In this document: piece after piece, positions 8,444-17,846 of the stretch | Layout of the letters: the number at the start of each line of letters is the position of its first letter | Position numbering within the stretch: the stretch's first letter is position 1 | Made by a program: the position numbers and the translations under genes | From: a virus | Taxonomy: Duplodnaviria > Caudoviricetes | Reading direction: 5' to 3' (one strand) | IMG/VR virus record: IMGVR_UViG_3300037047_000246 | DNA: 64,000 bases | The notes under the pieces: model-generated | Databases searched by the model: none | The model's input: the letters and a program-made list of their open reading frames with translations, nothing else | What the model was told of the DNA's origin: nothing

Positions 8444-9424
8444 TCACTCGGCCATCATGGTGTAAATTTGAAGGAGCGGGATAGCGGCCAGAGCGATGCC
8501 CTTGCCTTTGTGCTCGTGGCGCGCCACGACTTTGGTCATCTCGTAAAGGGCATTCGAAGCCGCGCGGTTGTTTTGATCCCAGCCGTAACCCATCCGAAGC
8601 TTGTCCCAGCTCCAGCGGCGCTCGTTGTAATCCTGGTGCGCCACAGTCATGAGGCGGGCCAAGTCTTCGGGCTCGGGCAGCTTCATGCCTTTGGGCCAAT
8701 GCTGTTCGACGACCTTGACAAACGTCTGGGCGAAGTCGTCCTTGCCCTTGGAAATGAGCTTTTCGATTCGGCGGTCAATCGCCTCCTTCTTCGAGACCAG
8801 GACCTCGGGCCAGGCAACGGCCAGGCGCTGCTGCAGGTCCGCGAAGTGCGGGCTGTTGGCAGCCAACCAATCCAATTCAATCCACTGCTCGAACTCCTTG
8901 GCCACTCGGGTCTCGATCACCAGCGGCGACAGCCCATCTCGCACCAGCTCGAACTTCGGCTGCACCAGCACGCTGCCTTGCTCCTCGACCGGGTCCGGCG
9001 CGTGCTCTCGCTTGTGCGTGGCCATGATGTCTCGAAGCTTGAATTCGATGGGCGCCGAGAGCCATTGCACGGCGCGGTCGCACTCGGCAGGCGCGGTCGC
9101 CCGCGCTCGCTGCCGGAAGGCATATTCGAAGCCGCTCATCTGGCGCGCTTGCGGCCACAGGCTGTCGATGAGCCCGGCCAGGGCTTCAGGCTGCATCTGG
9201 GTGGCCAGCTTGGCCGTTTGCAACAGGAGGCTGCCTTTTGGCGGCGCATACCCCCAGGCGGAGCACTCTCCGCCGCAAGCAATCCTGTAGCCTTCGACCA
9301 GGTCTGTGCCGTTGGTCAGCAGCACCCGGTGCTCAGCCAGCTTGCCTCGGATCTCCCCAAGATCGATCAGGCACATGACGCGCTGCAGCAAGTCGTTGAG
9401 TTCGGCAGGCATCTGCTCGAGCAT
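8444..9424 (-). CDS. hypothetical protein, 326 aa
   Basis: GAGGTGA SD; long ORF. Confidence 0.85.
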   Translation of the reverse strand: MLEQMPAELNDLLQRVMCLIDLGEIRGKLAEHRVLLTNGTDLVEGYRIACGGECSAWGYAPPKGSLLLQTAKLATQMQPEALAGLIDSLWPQARQMSGFEYAFRQRARATAPAECDRAVQWLSAPIEFKLRDIMATHKREHAPDPVEEQGSVLVQPKFELVRDGLSPLVIETRVAKEFEQWIELDWLAANSPHFADLQQRLAVAWPEVLVSKKEAIDRRIEKLISKGKDDFAQTFVKVVEQHWPKGMKLPEPEDLARLMTVAHQDYNERRWSWDKLRMGYGWDQNNRAASNALYEMTKVVARHEHKGKGIALAAIPLLQIYTMMAE

Positions 9425-9428
9425 TCGG

Positions 9429-9481
9429 TCACCTCTTTGGCGGGTACGCGGGAGGGCGGCGCACTGCCGCCCTCCCCTCAG
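9429..9481 (-). promoter_or_regulatory. bipartite promoter-like element with 11-bp inverted repeat spacer
   Basis: CTGAGG-N27-CGTACC; GGGAGGGCGGC/GCCGCCCTCCC. Confidence 0.65.
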
Positions 9482-9484
9482 GGA

Positions 9485-10726
9485 TCATTCGTAATCCCTC
9501 ACGGCGACAAACGAAGCGCATTTAGGTATGCCGTCCGATGTCGTGTCTGCAAAGCGGTAGGTGATTGTCGCACCCACTTTCGGCGGATTGTCGCGCTCGC
9601 GGTCCGTGAGCCCGGTGCCAACGTTGAACGTCTTGCCGTCGGCCATCCGGACCTCGAGCCCGCCCAAGCGACCCTTGTGGCGGCCCTTGCCGGCCACATG
9701 TCTAATGACCACGGCTTCGGCGTCCTTGAATGGCTTGAACTTCATCAAGGTGCTCGATCTTCGCGGCTCGTAGGAGCTGCCCGGCTTGCGGTACATCAGC
9801 CCCTCGGCCCCGTCCGCTGTCGCCTGCTTCAGGTGCGCCTCGGCCTCTGCTCGGCTCTTGCACGGCGAGTGGGGGTGGACGTGCGCGAAGTGTCCCAGCT
9901 CCAGTCCGGCCAGGTATGTCAGGCGCTGCTCGAATCCCTCGGTGCGGTTCGGTGCGTCGAACACCACGAACGAGACCTTGTCCCAGGCCTGGCCGGACCC
10001 GGCAGACCGGACGACCGAAATGGTCTTTTGGAACTGCTTGCGCCCCATCCACAACTCGCCGTCCAGCGGCACCTGGGGCAGCTCCGCCACGAAGAAGTCC
10101 GGGGCCTCGTAGACATTGCCCTGCCGCGAAATGAACTGAACACCTGACCAGTAGGCCCGGACGCCGTCGAGCTTCTCGGACTCGAGCCACCCAGTCGGGT
10201 CGAAGTCGTCCTCGACCGAGTTGGCCAGCAGCACAGGCGGTCCAAACAAATTTGTTTTCTCGTCCTGCCTGAGCTTGCGGCCCAGCCGCGCTTCCTCCTC
10301 GGCGTAGATGATCGTTTTCTCCTGGTCGGTGAAAGGCTGGAATCCGCCGAACCGGTTGACCCGCTTGGTCTTGTCCCGTTCAATGCCACCGTCCTGACAC
10401 GGGACGGTACTTTCCTGGGCTTGGGGCACCCGGGCAGGGGCGCTGACCCCCATGACCTGACGCACGACCTCCTCGGGGTCTTCCTGACCCCGAGCGGGCA
10501 TGGTCACTGGAGAAGTGGCCGGAGCGCCGCTCGAGATACGGGACTCTTCGACCGCTCGGCCTCGCTGGGCAATCAGGTGCTTGCATGTGCGTTGGTCGAT
10601 CGGCTTACTCTGCCGGGTCCAAGCAGGGCACGAGCAGCTGTATACCTCTCCGCGCCGGAGCAGCTTGTAGGGCTTGGCGCCGGAACCTTGAACCTGTCGA
10701 ACTTCCCCGTCTTGCCAGTCTGACAT
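9485..10726 (-). CDS. ATP-dependent DNA ligase with N-terminal SWIM zinc finger
   Basis: motif I SEKLDGVRA, EGLMYR, KFKP, C-terminal OB fold (VGTG..); N-terminal CSCPAW..TCKH. Confidence 0.92.
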   Translation of the reverse strand: MSDWQDGEVRQVQGSGAKPYKLLRRGEVYSCSCPAWTRQSKPIDQRTCKHLIAQRGRAVEESRISSGAPATSPVTMPARGQEDPEEVVRQVMGVSAPARVPQAQESTVPCQDGGIERDKTKRVNRFGGFQPFTDQEKTIIYAEEEARLGRKLRQDEKTNLFGPPVLLANSVEDDFDPTGWLESEKLDGVRAYWSGVQFISRQGNVYEAPDFFVAELPQVPLDGELWMGRKQFQKTISVVRSAGSGQAWDKVSFVVFDAPNRTEGFEQRLTYLAGLELGHFAHVHPHSPCKSRAEAEAHLKQATADGAEGLMYRKPGSSYEPRRSSTLMKFKPFKDAEAVVIRHVAGKGRHKGRLGGLEVRMADGKTFNVGTGLTDRERDNPPKVGATITYRFADTTSDGIPKCASFVAVRDYE

Positions 10727-10730
10727 GTTG

Positions 10731-10784
10731 TCACCTCCGCGATCCGGTACGCGCAACCGCCGCGCGCCTCCGGTGTTGTTTCGC
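10731..10784 (-). promoter_or_regulatory. CGTAC-class element upstream of ligase
   Basis: GCGAAA-N27-CGTACCG...GGAGGTGACAACATG. Confidence 0.6.
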
Positions 10785-10793
10785 CAGCACCAG

Positions 10794-11135
10794 TTACATC
10801 CCGGTTGAAAAACGCTCCCAGATCCGCTGCACGAGCTGTTGAACCTTAGGAAAGGAAACCTCTTCGAACGAAGGCAGCCAGCGGTTGTCTACTTCCACAG
10901 GCTGAGTTGTATCCACAAATGCATGGACGTAGCGGATTTTGTTGACTCCGTCATATTGAGCTTCCTCAACAAACTGAACTTCAATGCGAATGGGCGTCTT
11001 TTTCTTGCCCTCGATCGCCTCAGCGGTCACCTCGTAGCTGGCAAAGCACAGAGACGACTCCGGTTGGATGACCAGTTTCTTGATTCGGGTTGTTGTCTGG
11101 ACCTCTTTGCGCACCTTTTGCGAATTCATCATCAC
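10794..11135 (-). CDS. hypothetical protein
   Basis: GAGGAG SD. Confidence 0.75.
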   Translation of the reverse strand: MMMNSQKVRKEVQTTTRIKKLVIQPESSLCFASYEVTAEAIEGKKKTPIRIEVQFVEEAQYDGVNKIRYVHAFVDTTQPVEVDNRWLPSFEEVSFPKVQQLVQRIWERFSTGM

Positions 11136-11151
11136 TTCTCCTCGATTCTGA
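11132..11151. repeat. 20-bp direct repeat, copy 1
   Basis: TCACTTCTCCTCGATTCTGA, identical at 11876-11895. Confidence 0.9.
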
Positions 11152-11154
11152 GCA

Positions 11155-11544
11155 TCATTTGGTGAGTTGACGCCCTTTCGCCTTCAGTGCTTGCGCCTCT
11201 TCGCACCATTGCTCGAGCACTTCAATGAGCAAGATTGTTTGGCGATCTTCGAAGTATCCGCCGCAGGCCTCGCTTGCTTGGGGCAAGCCGAGGCCAGGAT
11301 GTTCTTCCAGCTCTTGGCCGTTCAGTTCCCATTCCTCCTCGCCGAAGTCGCCGTTCACAACGCCACTGCCTGTCAGCAGACCCAGCGGGGTGTCGGCTTC
11401 CAGCTCGAAGTAGCCAGTGGTGCGATCGTCGCCAGGGTCGAACTTAAACTGCACAATTTTGACCGGGCTCTTTTTGATCAAAAGCTGGTCGATGCGGGCG
11501 CGCTTCGCGCGCAGCTGCTCGGTTGTCATCTCAGATAGCTTCAT
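11155..11544 (-). CDS. hypothetical (MKLSEMTTEQLRAKR..)
   Basis: GAGGTGA SD; N-terminus like 33300 ORF. Confidence 0.75.
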   Translation of the reverse strand: MKLSEMTTEQLRAKRARIDQLLIKKSPVKIVQFKFDPGDDRTTGYFELEADTPLGLLTGSGVVNGDFGEEEWELNGQELEEHPGLGLPQASEACGGYFEDRQTILLIEVLEQWCEEAQALKAKGRQLTK

Positions 11545-11549
11545 GCTCG

Positions 11550-11870
11550 TCACCTCATCGCCTTGTTGACGGCCCTTGCCACGTCGCGAAGCCGCCGCAG
11601 GCTCAAGTCGTCAAATTCGCCGCCAAACGCCTCGCGGATCGGCTCGTCTGCCTCGCAGTCCAGTTCAGGCGCTTCTTCCATTTTGCCGCCGCGCCAGCGC
11701 CAAATCGTGAGAAAGTAGCTGCCGTTGGGCGAGAACAGGTCGTAGTTGTCTGGAAACTTGAACTGGACGCGGATTCGCGTTTCCGGCAGATTGAACTCGA
11801 ATGAGATCTCTCCCATGCTCTTGTCGTTTGCACGCACCAGCTTCACCTCATTGACCTTGATCTTTGGCAT
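11550..11870 (-). CDS. hypothetical protein
   Basis: GAGGAG SD. Confidence 0.75.
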   Translation of the reverse strand: MPKIKVNEVKLVRANDKSMGEISFEFNLPETRIRVQFKFPDNYDLFSPNGSYFLTIWRWRGGKMEEAPELDCEADEPIREAFGGEFDDLSLRRLRDVARAVNKAMR

Positions 11871-11875
11871 GTCCG

Positions 11876-11895
11876 TCACTTCTCCTCGATTCTGA
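11876..11895. repeat. 20-bp direct repeat, copy 2
   Basis: identical to 11132-11151. Confidence 0.9.
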
Positions 11896-12088
11896 AATCC
11901 CACCAATGGACGTCGTCTTCGTGCCCGGAGTTCCAGCCGCACCGCCTCAGCTCCGCCAGCTCTTCTGCGGTGAAGCTGGATGGAGGCGGGGTCCCGATGC
12001 ACAGCCAGCCTTCGTGCAGGCTCGGGTTGCCGACTGCCCTCGGAGCCAGGATTGCCAGACCTCGAGCCAACATCTCGTTCCTGTTCAT
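11876..12088 (-). CDS. small hypothetical
   Basis: GGAGGTGA SD, promoter motif upstream. Confidence 0.75.
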   Translation of the reverse strand: MNRNEMLARGLAILAPRAVGNPSLHEGWLCIGTPPPSSFTAEELAELRRCGWNSGHEDDVHWWDFRIEEK

Positions 12089-12095
12089 GCTGCGG

Positions 12096-12148
12096 TCACC
12101 TCCGCGGTCCGGTACGCGTGGCGCAGCCAGATCGCTGCCTGGCTTCAA
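12096..12148 (-). promoter_or_regulatory. bipartite promoter-like element
   Basis: TTGAAG-N26-CGTACCG...GGAGGTGA. Confidence 0.7.
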
Positions 12149-12342
12149 ACCTGGTGCACCAGCCAGCATTCAACTTCTTCGCGCGTCAGAACAGGTATGC
12201 CATATCGCCGCATCTCTTCATCTGTTATGTAAATGTTGCGATGTGCCGGACACACCGCGATGAGAGCGAGTCCGGCATTCACCAGATGAAAGTGTGTGGG
12301 CGGACTTTTACAACCATGGGCTCTGCAAGAAATGTCAACCAT
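12145..12342 (-). CDS. small Cys/His putative Zn-binding protein, tag (..EVECWLVHQV)
   Basis: CRAHGC..CPAH; tag. Confidence 0.75.
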   Translation of the reverse strand: MVDISCRAHGCKSPPTHFHLVNAGLALIAVCPAHRNIYITDEEMRRYGIPVLTREEVECWLVHQV

Positions 12343-12363
12343 CTTTAACCTTTTCGGTCAGCT

Positions 12364-12564
12364 TCACAGGTCGCAGATTTCGCCGACTCGGCCGATGGCG
12401 TCGTAGCCCTCGACCATGTCGGAAGCCTCTTCCCAGGTGTCGGCCTCGGCGACCTTCTCGACTGTGCCGGCAGCGAATTGCTGCAGCGCCTGCCACTCTT
12501 CTTTGGTCACCGCGCCGTGGACCGTTTTTTCGTGCGTGCGCTTGAAAACCACGAAGTTTTTCAT
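12364..12564 (-). CDS. small hypothetical (MKNFVVFKRTH..)
   Basis: ATGA overlap, GGAAGG SD. Confidence 0.65.
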   Translation of the reverse strand: MKNFVVFKRTHEKTVHGAVTKEEWQALQQFAAGTVEKVAEADTWEEASDMVEGYDAIGRVGEICDL

Positions 12565-12931
12565 TCTGTCCTTCCAGAGTCGAGCTCTTCGTAGACCACG
12601 ACGCAGCAAGACCAGTCGTGCTCCTTCATGTACTTGCCAGATCCTCGAGCATCCACTTGAGGAATGAGGTCCTTTGGCAGACGGCGCAGGCGTCTTCGCC
12701 GCTGCGGAATAAGACATATCTGTCGGTCGGCTGGTGCAAAATCATCTTGTCTTGCTTCAAAAAATGGGTTAGTTTCGTGTCATGCAGCCATTGATCGGTG
12801 CTGTCGCACCAATACACGTCGGCAAGCAGTCCCTGTTGGCCGCTCTCCGATTCGGCCGCTTTGTCTGCCATGTCGGCCATGCGCGCGAATTCTTTGCGTA
12901 GAATTTTGTCGCGGACGACTTCCAACTTCAT
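12561..12931 (-). pseudogene. hypothetical, probable frameshift near 12635
   Basis: EDLA|KYMKEHDWSCCVVVYEE continues in another frame. Confidence 0.5.
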
Positions 12932-13164
12932 GACTTCATAACTCCTCCCACTTCCTCGAGCTGGACCAGCTCGCACTCCTTCTGGTCGTGCTTCGGGTAG
13001 TAAGACTCATGCATCGACAGCCAGCACCTGGGGCAATAAGCCAAGCCCGGGAAATTCGGGTCCAGCAGGCACCCGTTCTCGTGCGGCACCAGCTGGTCCT
13101 GGATCTCTAGCGGGTCCCTAGGCACAGTCCGCTCAAGCGACGTGGCTTCAGGCGTCCGCCTCAT
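12928..13164 (-). CDS. small Cys-containing protein, tag (..LEEVGGVMKS)
   Basis: CPRC; tag. Confidence 0.7.
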   Translation of the reverse strand: MRRTPEATSLERTVPRDPLEIQDQLVPHENGCLLDPNFPGLAYCPRCWLSMHESYYPKHDQKECELVQLEEVGGVMKS

Positions 13165-13613
13165 GTCTTTCGCCTCGGCTCTGCAACCTTCTTGACGATT
13201 CCCCAGTCGGCGCTGCCATCAGGATCTTTGATGATTGTCAGCCCATGCCGATGCGCTTGCAGGCGCATCCTTTGCCCAGCCCCCCAACCCCTTGCCGGAC
13301 AGCCGCTTGAGGAGCTTGCTGAACGCCAAATCCGCCGCCATCTGGGCAGAGCTGGCTTCTGCCGAGGCGGACTCGCCGCTTTGAAACATAATGACGAAGT
13401 ACGTCACAACCCCTCCGTGAGGCCACTCTTGGCCAAGAAGGCCGCGGCGGCCACGTCAGCGTCTCGCTCCACAAACACCGAGGAAGTACCTGGCCTTGCC
13501 ACAGTGCCACTTGATGCAGAAGCTAGCTTCTCGCCCGGCGATTGTCGACACCACCCGAGCCTTGGAGCCGCTCAGCCGGGTGAGGCTGCGCGCCATCTGT
13601 TTGGCGAAGGCTT

Positions 13614-14057
13614 TCACGTCTCCTCCTTGCGGCGTTCGACCAGTTGAGCCAGCTTCAAGGCCAGGTCCCTCAGATCTCCGTAAGGCAGCGTCAGCGACAT
13701 CTCGTACAGCGACTGGACTTGGTCCTTGGGGCGGGCCTCGATCACTTCCAGAGAGTACAGCTCGCCGAGCTGCGGGTTCATGGTCCGGTACCCTCCCTCG
13801 ACCAACTGGCTGTCGACCACGCGGTCGCGATTGTACGCCATGATCGTCAGGACCACCTCGCCCTTTCGAGTCATCCACAGCGACTCGAACGTCCCGACGT
13901 AGTGGCGCCTGGCCAGGCCTTCTTGCAAAGTGGCTCGCTCGCTCTCCAAGACGGCCTGGCCGGTCGGGGGCCGTCCGGCCTTGTACGACACGAACAGCAC
14001 GGATCCGCGTCCGCAATCGGCCAGGGCTTCAATCATCTCTCGTTCGGTCATCGGCAT
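13614..14057 (-). CDS. hypothetical phage protein
   Basis: GGAGGTGA SD, promoter motif upstream. Confidence 0.75.
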   Translation of the reverse strand: MPMTEREMIEALADCGRGSVLFVSYKAGRPPTGQAVLESERATLQEGLARRHYVGTFESLWMTRKGEVVLTIMAYNRDRVVDSQLVEGGYRTMNPQLGELYSLEVIEARPKDQVQSLYEMSLTLPYGDLRDLALKLAQLVERRKEET

Positions 14058-14062
14058 GTGCG

Positions 14063-14116
14063 TCACCTCCGCAGCCCGGTACGACTCGCCGAGCGCGATC
14101 TGCGCCGGCGCTTCAA
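14063..14116 (-). promoter_or_regulatory. bipartite promoter-like element
   Basis: TTGAAG-N27-CGTACCG; near-identical to 14879-14930. Confidence 0.7.
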
Positions 14117-14124
14117 GATCCATG

Positions 14125-14199
14125 TCAGCTCTCCTGGATGCTTTTGACGTTGAACAGATCTTGATGAACGTCATGACCGAGCTCGGTAGATTCGATCAC
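14125..14199 (-). CDS. 24-aa tag-only micro-ORF
   Basis: GTG-IESTELGHDVHQDLFNVKSIQES*, GTGA overlap and GAGGAGG SD. Confidence 0.5.
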   Translation of the reverse strand: MIESTELGHDVHQDLFNVKSIQES

Positions 14200-14735
14200 G
14201 ACGTTTGCACCTCCTCGACCTCAAGCAGGTTTGCGAGCTCCCGGCGCTCGTCGGGCGGGTATCAGTCGAGGAATGCCAAAATTCTGCCCAGCTGCGGCCT
14301 GAACTGGCACGGCACGCTCGCCAGATCCAAGTTGTCTGCCAACATGGCACGTAGGTCAAGGTCGTGCTTGATGCCCAGCTCGCGCATCCATTCCATTTGG
14401 CCCTTGATGTAGAGGATGTCTCTCTTCAACCCGGTAACGGGTGGGGTCTTCTTGCACGCGGAGCGCCTCAGGAGCTCGCTTGCAGCCTCTTCCTCCGTCA
14501 TCTTCCAAAATGCGAACGTGAGCGTTACTTTGTCTGTCCGGATGACCATAGCCACGGGACAGTTGCTTCCCAGGAATCTGCTCGATACTGGCCGGGCTTC
14601 CTCGCAGTTGGCCGATCCAACGGCATACCACTCGTCGTCGAGCACCTCATGCGTGGCCACGGCTCTGACTGTGCCGACGGATTTGCCGTCGAGCAGATTC
14701 TGGCAGATTTTGGACAACTTCACCGAGTACTTCAT
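14196..14735 (-). pseudogene. hypothetical with internal TGA (14262-14264) before tag (..LLEVEEVQTS)
   Basis: in-frame extension YPPDERRELANLLEVEEVQTS* after the annotated stop. Confidence 0.65.
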
Positions 14736-14880
14736 GGTGCTTGCACCTCCCGAACGGCCTCCTCGGCCTCTGATCGACAGACAGGATCTTCATTTCACTC
14801 ATTCGCCGGCGCGCTCGCCTCTTGCTTCGCGTACGGTCAGCGCGCCCGGATCGCCGATGCGGTTTGAACTAGTCGCTCAT
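14732..14880 (-). pseudogene. decayed small tagged gene (..EEAVREVQAP) with two internal TGA
   Basis: AR*PYAKQ..NE*NEDPVCRSEAEEAVREVQAP*; no clean start. Confidence 0.4.
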
Positions 14881-14930
14881 CACTTCCGTCCGGTACGACT
14901 CGCCGGGCGAGATCTGCGCCGGCGCTTGAC
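14879..14930 (-). promoter_or_regulatory. bipartite promoter-like element
   Basis: GTCAAG-N27-CGTACCG. Confidence 0.6.
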
Positions 14931-14940
14931 CGGCCATCGT

Positions 14941-15864
14941 TCAAACGCGCTCTCGCATGCAAAGTAGGCATTCCACCCGCGGACGTCCACTTGCCAGTTT
15001 GCCGACATAACAGCTTTCAACCGGAACAATGCCATGTCGCTCGCAAACTTTGTGTGTAACAACGCCATTCTGCATGACGTAAGTGCGATTTCGCTCTGAG
15101 TTGGCGTTGGCTGCGTCCAAAGCTGCTTGTTTGATCTTGGCCAGTGCCGCAACTGTATGTTTTTTGCCCTTGAAGGCGAGCGTTGTTTTGGCAATATGCT
15201 CCGGGCTGTGCTTCTTGCCACTGAGTGCGGCAGCAATTTTTGCGCGCACTGTTGGTGTCATTGCAGCACGAGACCGTCTCGATTGCGCTGCTTTGAATGT
15301 CGGTGTGTTGTGAGTCGCCACCATTTTCAAATAGGACTCATGACTAAGCAGTGGGTTCGGCAACGTCGCGCGCTTCGCGCGGTAGTCTTGGCGGTTCCAA
15401 GGGTTCCTACGATTTTTGCGCTTCTGCGGACTGACTGACCGCCAGTAAGCAATGGACGCAGCAGATATTTTCGCTTTGACCAGCGCGTCTGGCTTTCGTG
15501 GCGGCCTTGCCAACTGCTTTGCGCGAAACTCAGGCCTGTGCCATGGATTCGTGATCGGGTGCGGCTTGAACCCGCCTCCGGGCGCGAGGTTGAACCCAAA
15601 CATCGGATCGGTTGTCTTAAACTTCTTGATGAAGCGCCTCTCGGCTGCATTTGCTCGCTGCAGGGAGCTGTATTTTGCGAGCACCTCATGGACGAATGCG
15701 TCTTTGCCGTACTTGCGGATTGCATTAGCGAAGTGTGACCACCCACCACGGTTTCGAGTCGACGTGTAAACGTGTTGATTCCAACGCTGCATCACTGTCT
15801 TCTTGGTCAGCCCGATGTAGCGGCGGCCGGATTCGATGTGGGTGTGGCAGTAAACAGTATACAT
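14941..15864 (-). CDS. GIY-YIG homing endonuclease with NUMOD-like basic tail
   Basis: MYTVYCHTHIESGRRYIGLT..; FGFNL; HSPEH/HTVAA repeats. Confidence 0.85.
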   Translation of the reverse strand: MYTVYCHTHIESGRRYIGLTKKTVMQRWNQHVYTSTRNRGGWSHFANAIRKYGKDAFVHEVLAKYSSLQRANAAERRFIKKFKTTDPMFGFNLAPGGGFKPHPITNPWHRPEFRAKQLARPPRKPDALVKAKISAASIAYWRSVSPQKRKNRRNPWNRQDYRAKRATLPNPLLSHESYLKMVATHNTPTFKAAQSRRSRAAMTPTVRAKIAAALSGKKHSPEHIAKTTLAFKGKKHTVAALAKIKQAALDAANANSERNRTYVMQNGVVTHKVCERHGIVPVESCYVGKLASGRPRVECLLCMRERV

Positions 15865-15884
15865 CTACCACATTACCACACCAA

Positions 15885-16313
15885 TCACAAATCCATGACC
15901 TTGCGGCAATAGAATTCATCCAGCGCCATCCGGAAGATTTCTTCCCAGCGGTCCTCCAGGTCTGCGTTGCCCTTGGTGCACATGATGCGCAGAAGCTCGC
16001 GCTTGGCGTCGTGCAGCCGCTTGTCGTCAGCTTCCTCGACGCACTCGGACTCAGTGGCCGGCGCGACGTGCGAAATCTGGCCGCGCAGATGCAGCACCCT
16101 GCGGTCTGAACGCCAATGCGTGCCGCCCCACGAAGCGATTTTGTGCGCTTTGCCCTTGGCGCAGTCGTCGCAGAAGCCGAACACGTCCTGGTATTTGCCG
16201 TTATCTTTGTAAGGCACCAAGTCCGAGTAGTGCACGCGAAAAAAGTGCTTGGCCGGCCGCCCGCAGTTCCTCAGGCGCTTGTCTTCGCTGAGCTTCATTC
16301 CTTTGCATCTCAT
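15885..16313 (-). CDS. Cys-containing hypothetical, tag (..EFYCRKVMDL)
   Basis: CGRPAKHF..FCDDC related to small Zn family. Confidence 0.75.
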   Translation of the reverse strand: MRCKGMKLSEDKRLRNCGRPAKHFFRVHYSDLVPYKDNGKYQDVFGFCDDCAKGKAHKIASWGGTHWRSDRRVLHLRGQISHVAPATESECVEEADDKRLHDAKRELLRIMCTKGNADLEDRWEEIFRMALDEFYCRKVMDL

Positions 16314-16340
16314 TGCGTCACCTCATCGAGAGTTTGCAAG

Positions 16341-16877
16341 CTAAATTTCGTGCACTTCCATGATGCTGAACGCAGTCTCGTGCGCGTCAAGGAATTCGCG
16401 AACCTGCTCGAGCGTGTTCTCGTCCTGCTTGGACAAAGCTCTTTTGCGCGCCCCGGCGGAAACGCGAACTGCCTCCGCATCAGCTGACGTGCAACTCGCT
16501 GCACGGGCAAGCAGCTCCTGCAGGATCACGTCCGCAGGCAGCCGGCCCCGGTGAGCCGAGAAGTGCAGCAGGCATTTGTCCATGTCCCGCGTCTGCAGCA
16601 CCAGTCGAGTGTACTTTGCGTGGTCCAGCTCGGGACGCAGCCGCATAAACCTCGGGTACTCGCGCGCTGCGCTTTGGTAGTAGTAATCGCGCTCGAGGCG
16701 CACGCCGTCCCAGCGCATCTGGTCGCAAATGGACTGGGCGGCCGTGCAGCACTCGCACTCGTCGCCCTGAGCATGATGCTCAACCAGATGTTTGATTAGA
16801 ACAAGGTTTTGGCGTTGGCGCAAATGGTAGTTCACCCATGACTGGACGGCGTTGCTCGTCTTGCGTTTGCGGTTCAT
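16341..16877 (-). CDS. hypothetical with CECC, tag (..AFSIMEVHEI)
   Basis: start MNRKRK after GAGG SD. Confidence 0.75.
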   Translation of the reverse strand: MNRKRKTSNAVQSWVNYHLRQRQNLVLIKHLVEHHAQGDECECCTAAQSICDQMRWDGVRLERDYYYQSAAREYPRFMRLRPELDHAKYTRLVLQTRDMDKCLLHFSAHRGRLPADVILQELLARAASCTSADAEAVRVSAGARKRALSKQDENTLEQVREFLDAHETAFSIMEVHEI

Positions 16878-16884
16878 CGCTCGC

Positions 16885-16935
16885 CTCTCTGCGGTCAGGT
16901 ACGCCGCCGGCCGCCGCACTGGCGGTGCAGCTTGA
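16885..16935 (-). promoter_or_regulatory. leftward bipartite element of divergent pair
   Basis: TCAAGC-N26-CGTACC. Confidence 0.6.
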
Positions 16936-16963
16936 GCCAGAACACTGACTTCAAAGATTACGG

Positions 16964-17001
16964 CCGAAGCGCAGGGGCAAGCAGGGCGCGTCGCGAGTAC
17001 G
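16964..17001 (+). promoter_or_regulatory. rightward bipartite element of divergent pair
   Basis: CCGAAG-N26-AGTACG. Confidence 0.55.
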
Positions 17002-17008
17002 CGAAGAC

Positions 17009-17779
17009 ATGAACAACCGACTGCGCGCCATTTGCGACAAGTTGCCCTGGACGTTCGAAACGTCTGCCGGACGGGACGAGCGGACGAGAGACATCGTGCT
17101 CGGTCTGGGCGATCTTGCCGCTCTCGGGCGCCGGGCGCAGAAAGCGCTCGACGAGCTCGAGCGCTCAGGCAGCTTCAGGGGCCTAGCCCCCTACCTGAAG
17201 ACCAACGAAGGGCGCATTGACCAGCTGAGGTTGGACGCCGCGTCCATGCCGCCTGCTGCAGAGCTCAGCCCAGCGCAGCTGCGCTGGGTGCGGCGCCTGA
17301 AGCTCGAGTGCGTGCGCATCGAACCGAGTTCGGCTTCCACGAGATGGGTAGCTCAACTGTGCGGAGTAGGCTACGATTGGGAGCCCCGCCGCAGCCGATT
17401 CGCAATTGTGCGGACGCAAGTGCAAGTGGCTGCGGCAGTAATTGCCCCATCGCGCAACCACTGCGATTCGTACGCCATAGGGTCTTTCGGTCCAGATCAT
17501 TTGACTCTGGACATGTCGGACGACAGCGCGCCGGAACTGGACCCTGCAAAGCTCGCTCAATCTGCAGCCGAACGGCTGGTGACCTGCTGCGATCGCGGCT
17601 TTCGCTCGGATATGGCCAATGTGCGGGTAGCCAGGAAGCAGGTGCAAGCGAAGCTTGTCGAATCCGGCAAGTGCCTCGAGTGGACGGAGATGTGCCGGGA
17701 AATGATCGCGAGCGCCAAGCGCGAAGCGATGGCGGGCGAGTATGGACAGCAAGCCGTGAAGCACGTGATGGAGACTTGA
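17009..17779 (+). CDS. hypothetical, tag (..QQAVKHVMET)
   Basis: long ORF; tag. Confidence 0.8.
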   Translation: MNNRLRAICDKLPWTFETSAGRDERTRDIVLGLGDLAALGRRAQKALDELERSGSFRGLAPYLKTNEGRIDQLRLDAASMPPAAELSPAQLRWVRRLKLECVRIEPSSASTRWVAQLCGVGYDWEPRRSRFAIVRTQVQVAAAVIAPSRNHCDSYAIGSFGPDHLTLDMSDDSAPELDPAKLAQSAAERLVTCCDRGFRSDMANVRVARKQVQAKLVESGKCLEWTEMCREMIASAKREAMAGEYGQQAVKHVMET

Positions 17780-17815
17780 GCGCCGGCGCAAGGCGCCGTG
17801 CGCCGCGCGTACCGG
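17776..17815 (+). promoter_or_regulatory. bipartite promoter-like element
   Basis: TTGAGC-N26-CGTACCG. Confidence 0.7.
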
Positions 17816-17846
17816 GCAGCGGACAACAAACCAAGAGGCGAACGTC

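Noticed and set aside
7928-10147. 739-aa plus-strand ORF
   Set aside because: Antisense shadow of the ligase and 8444-9424, typical of GC-rich DNA.
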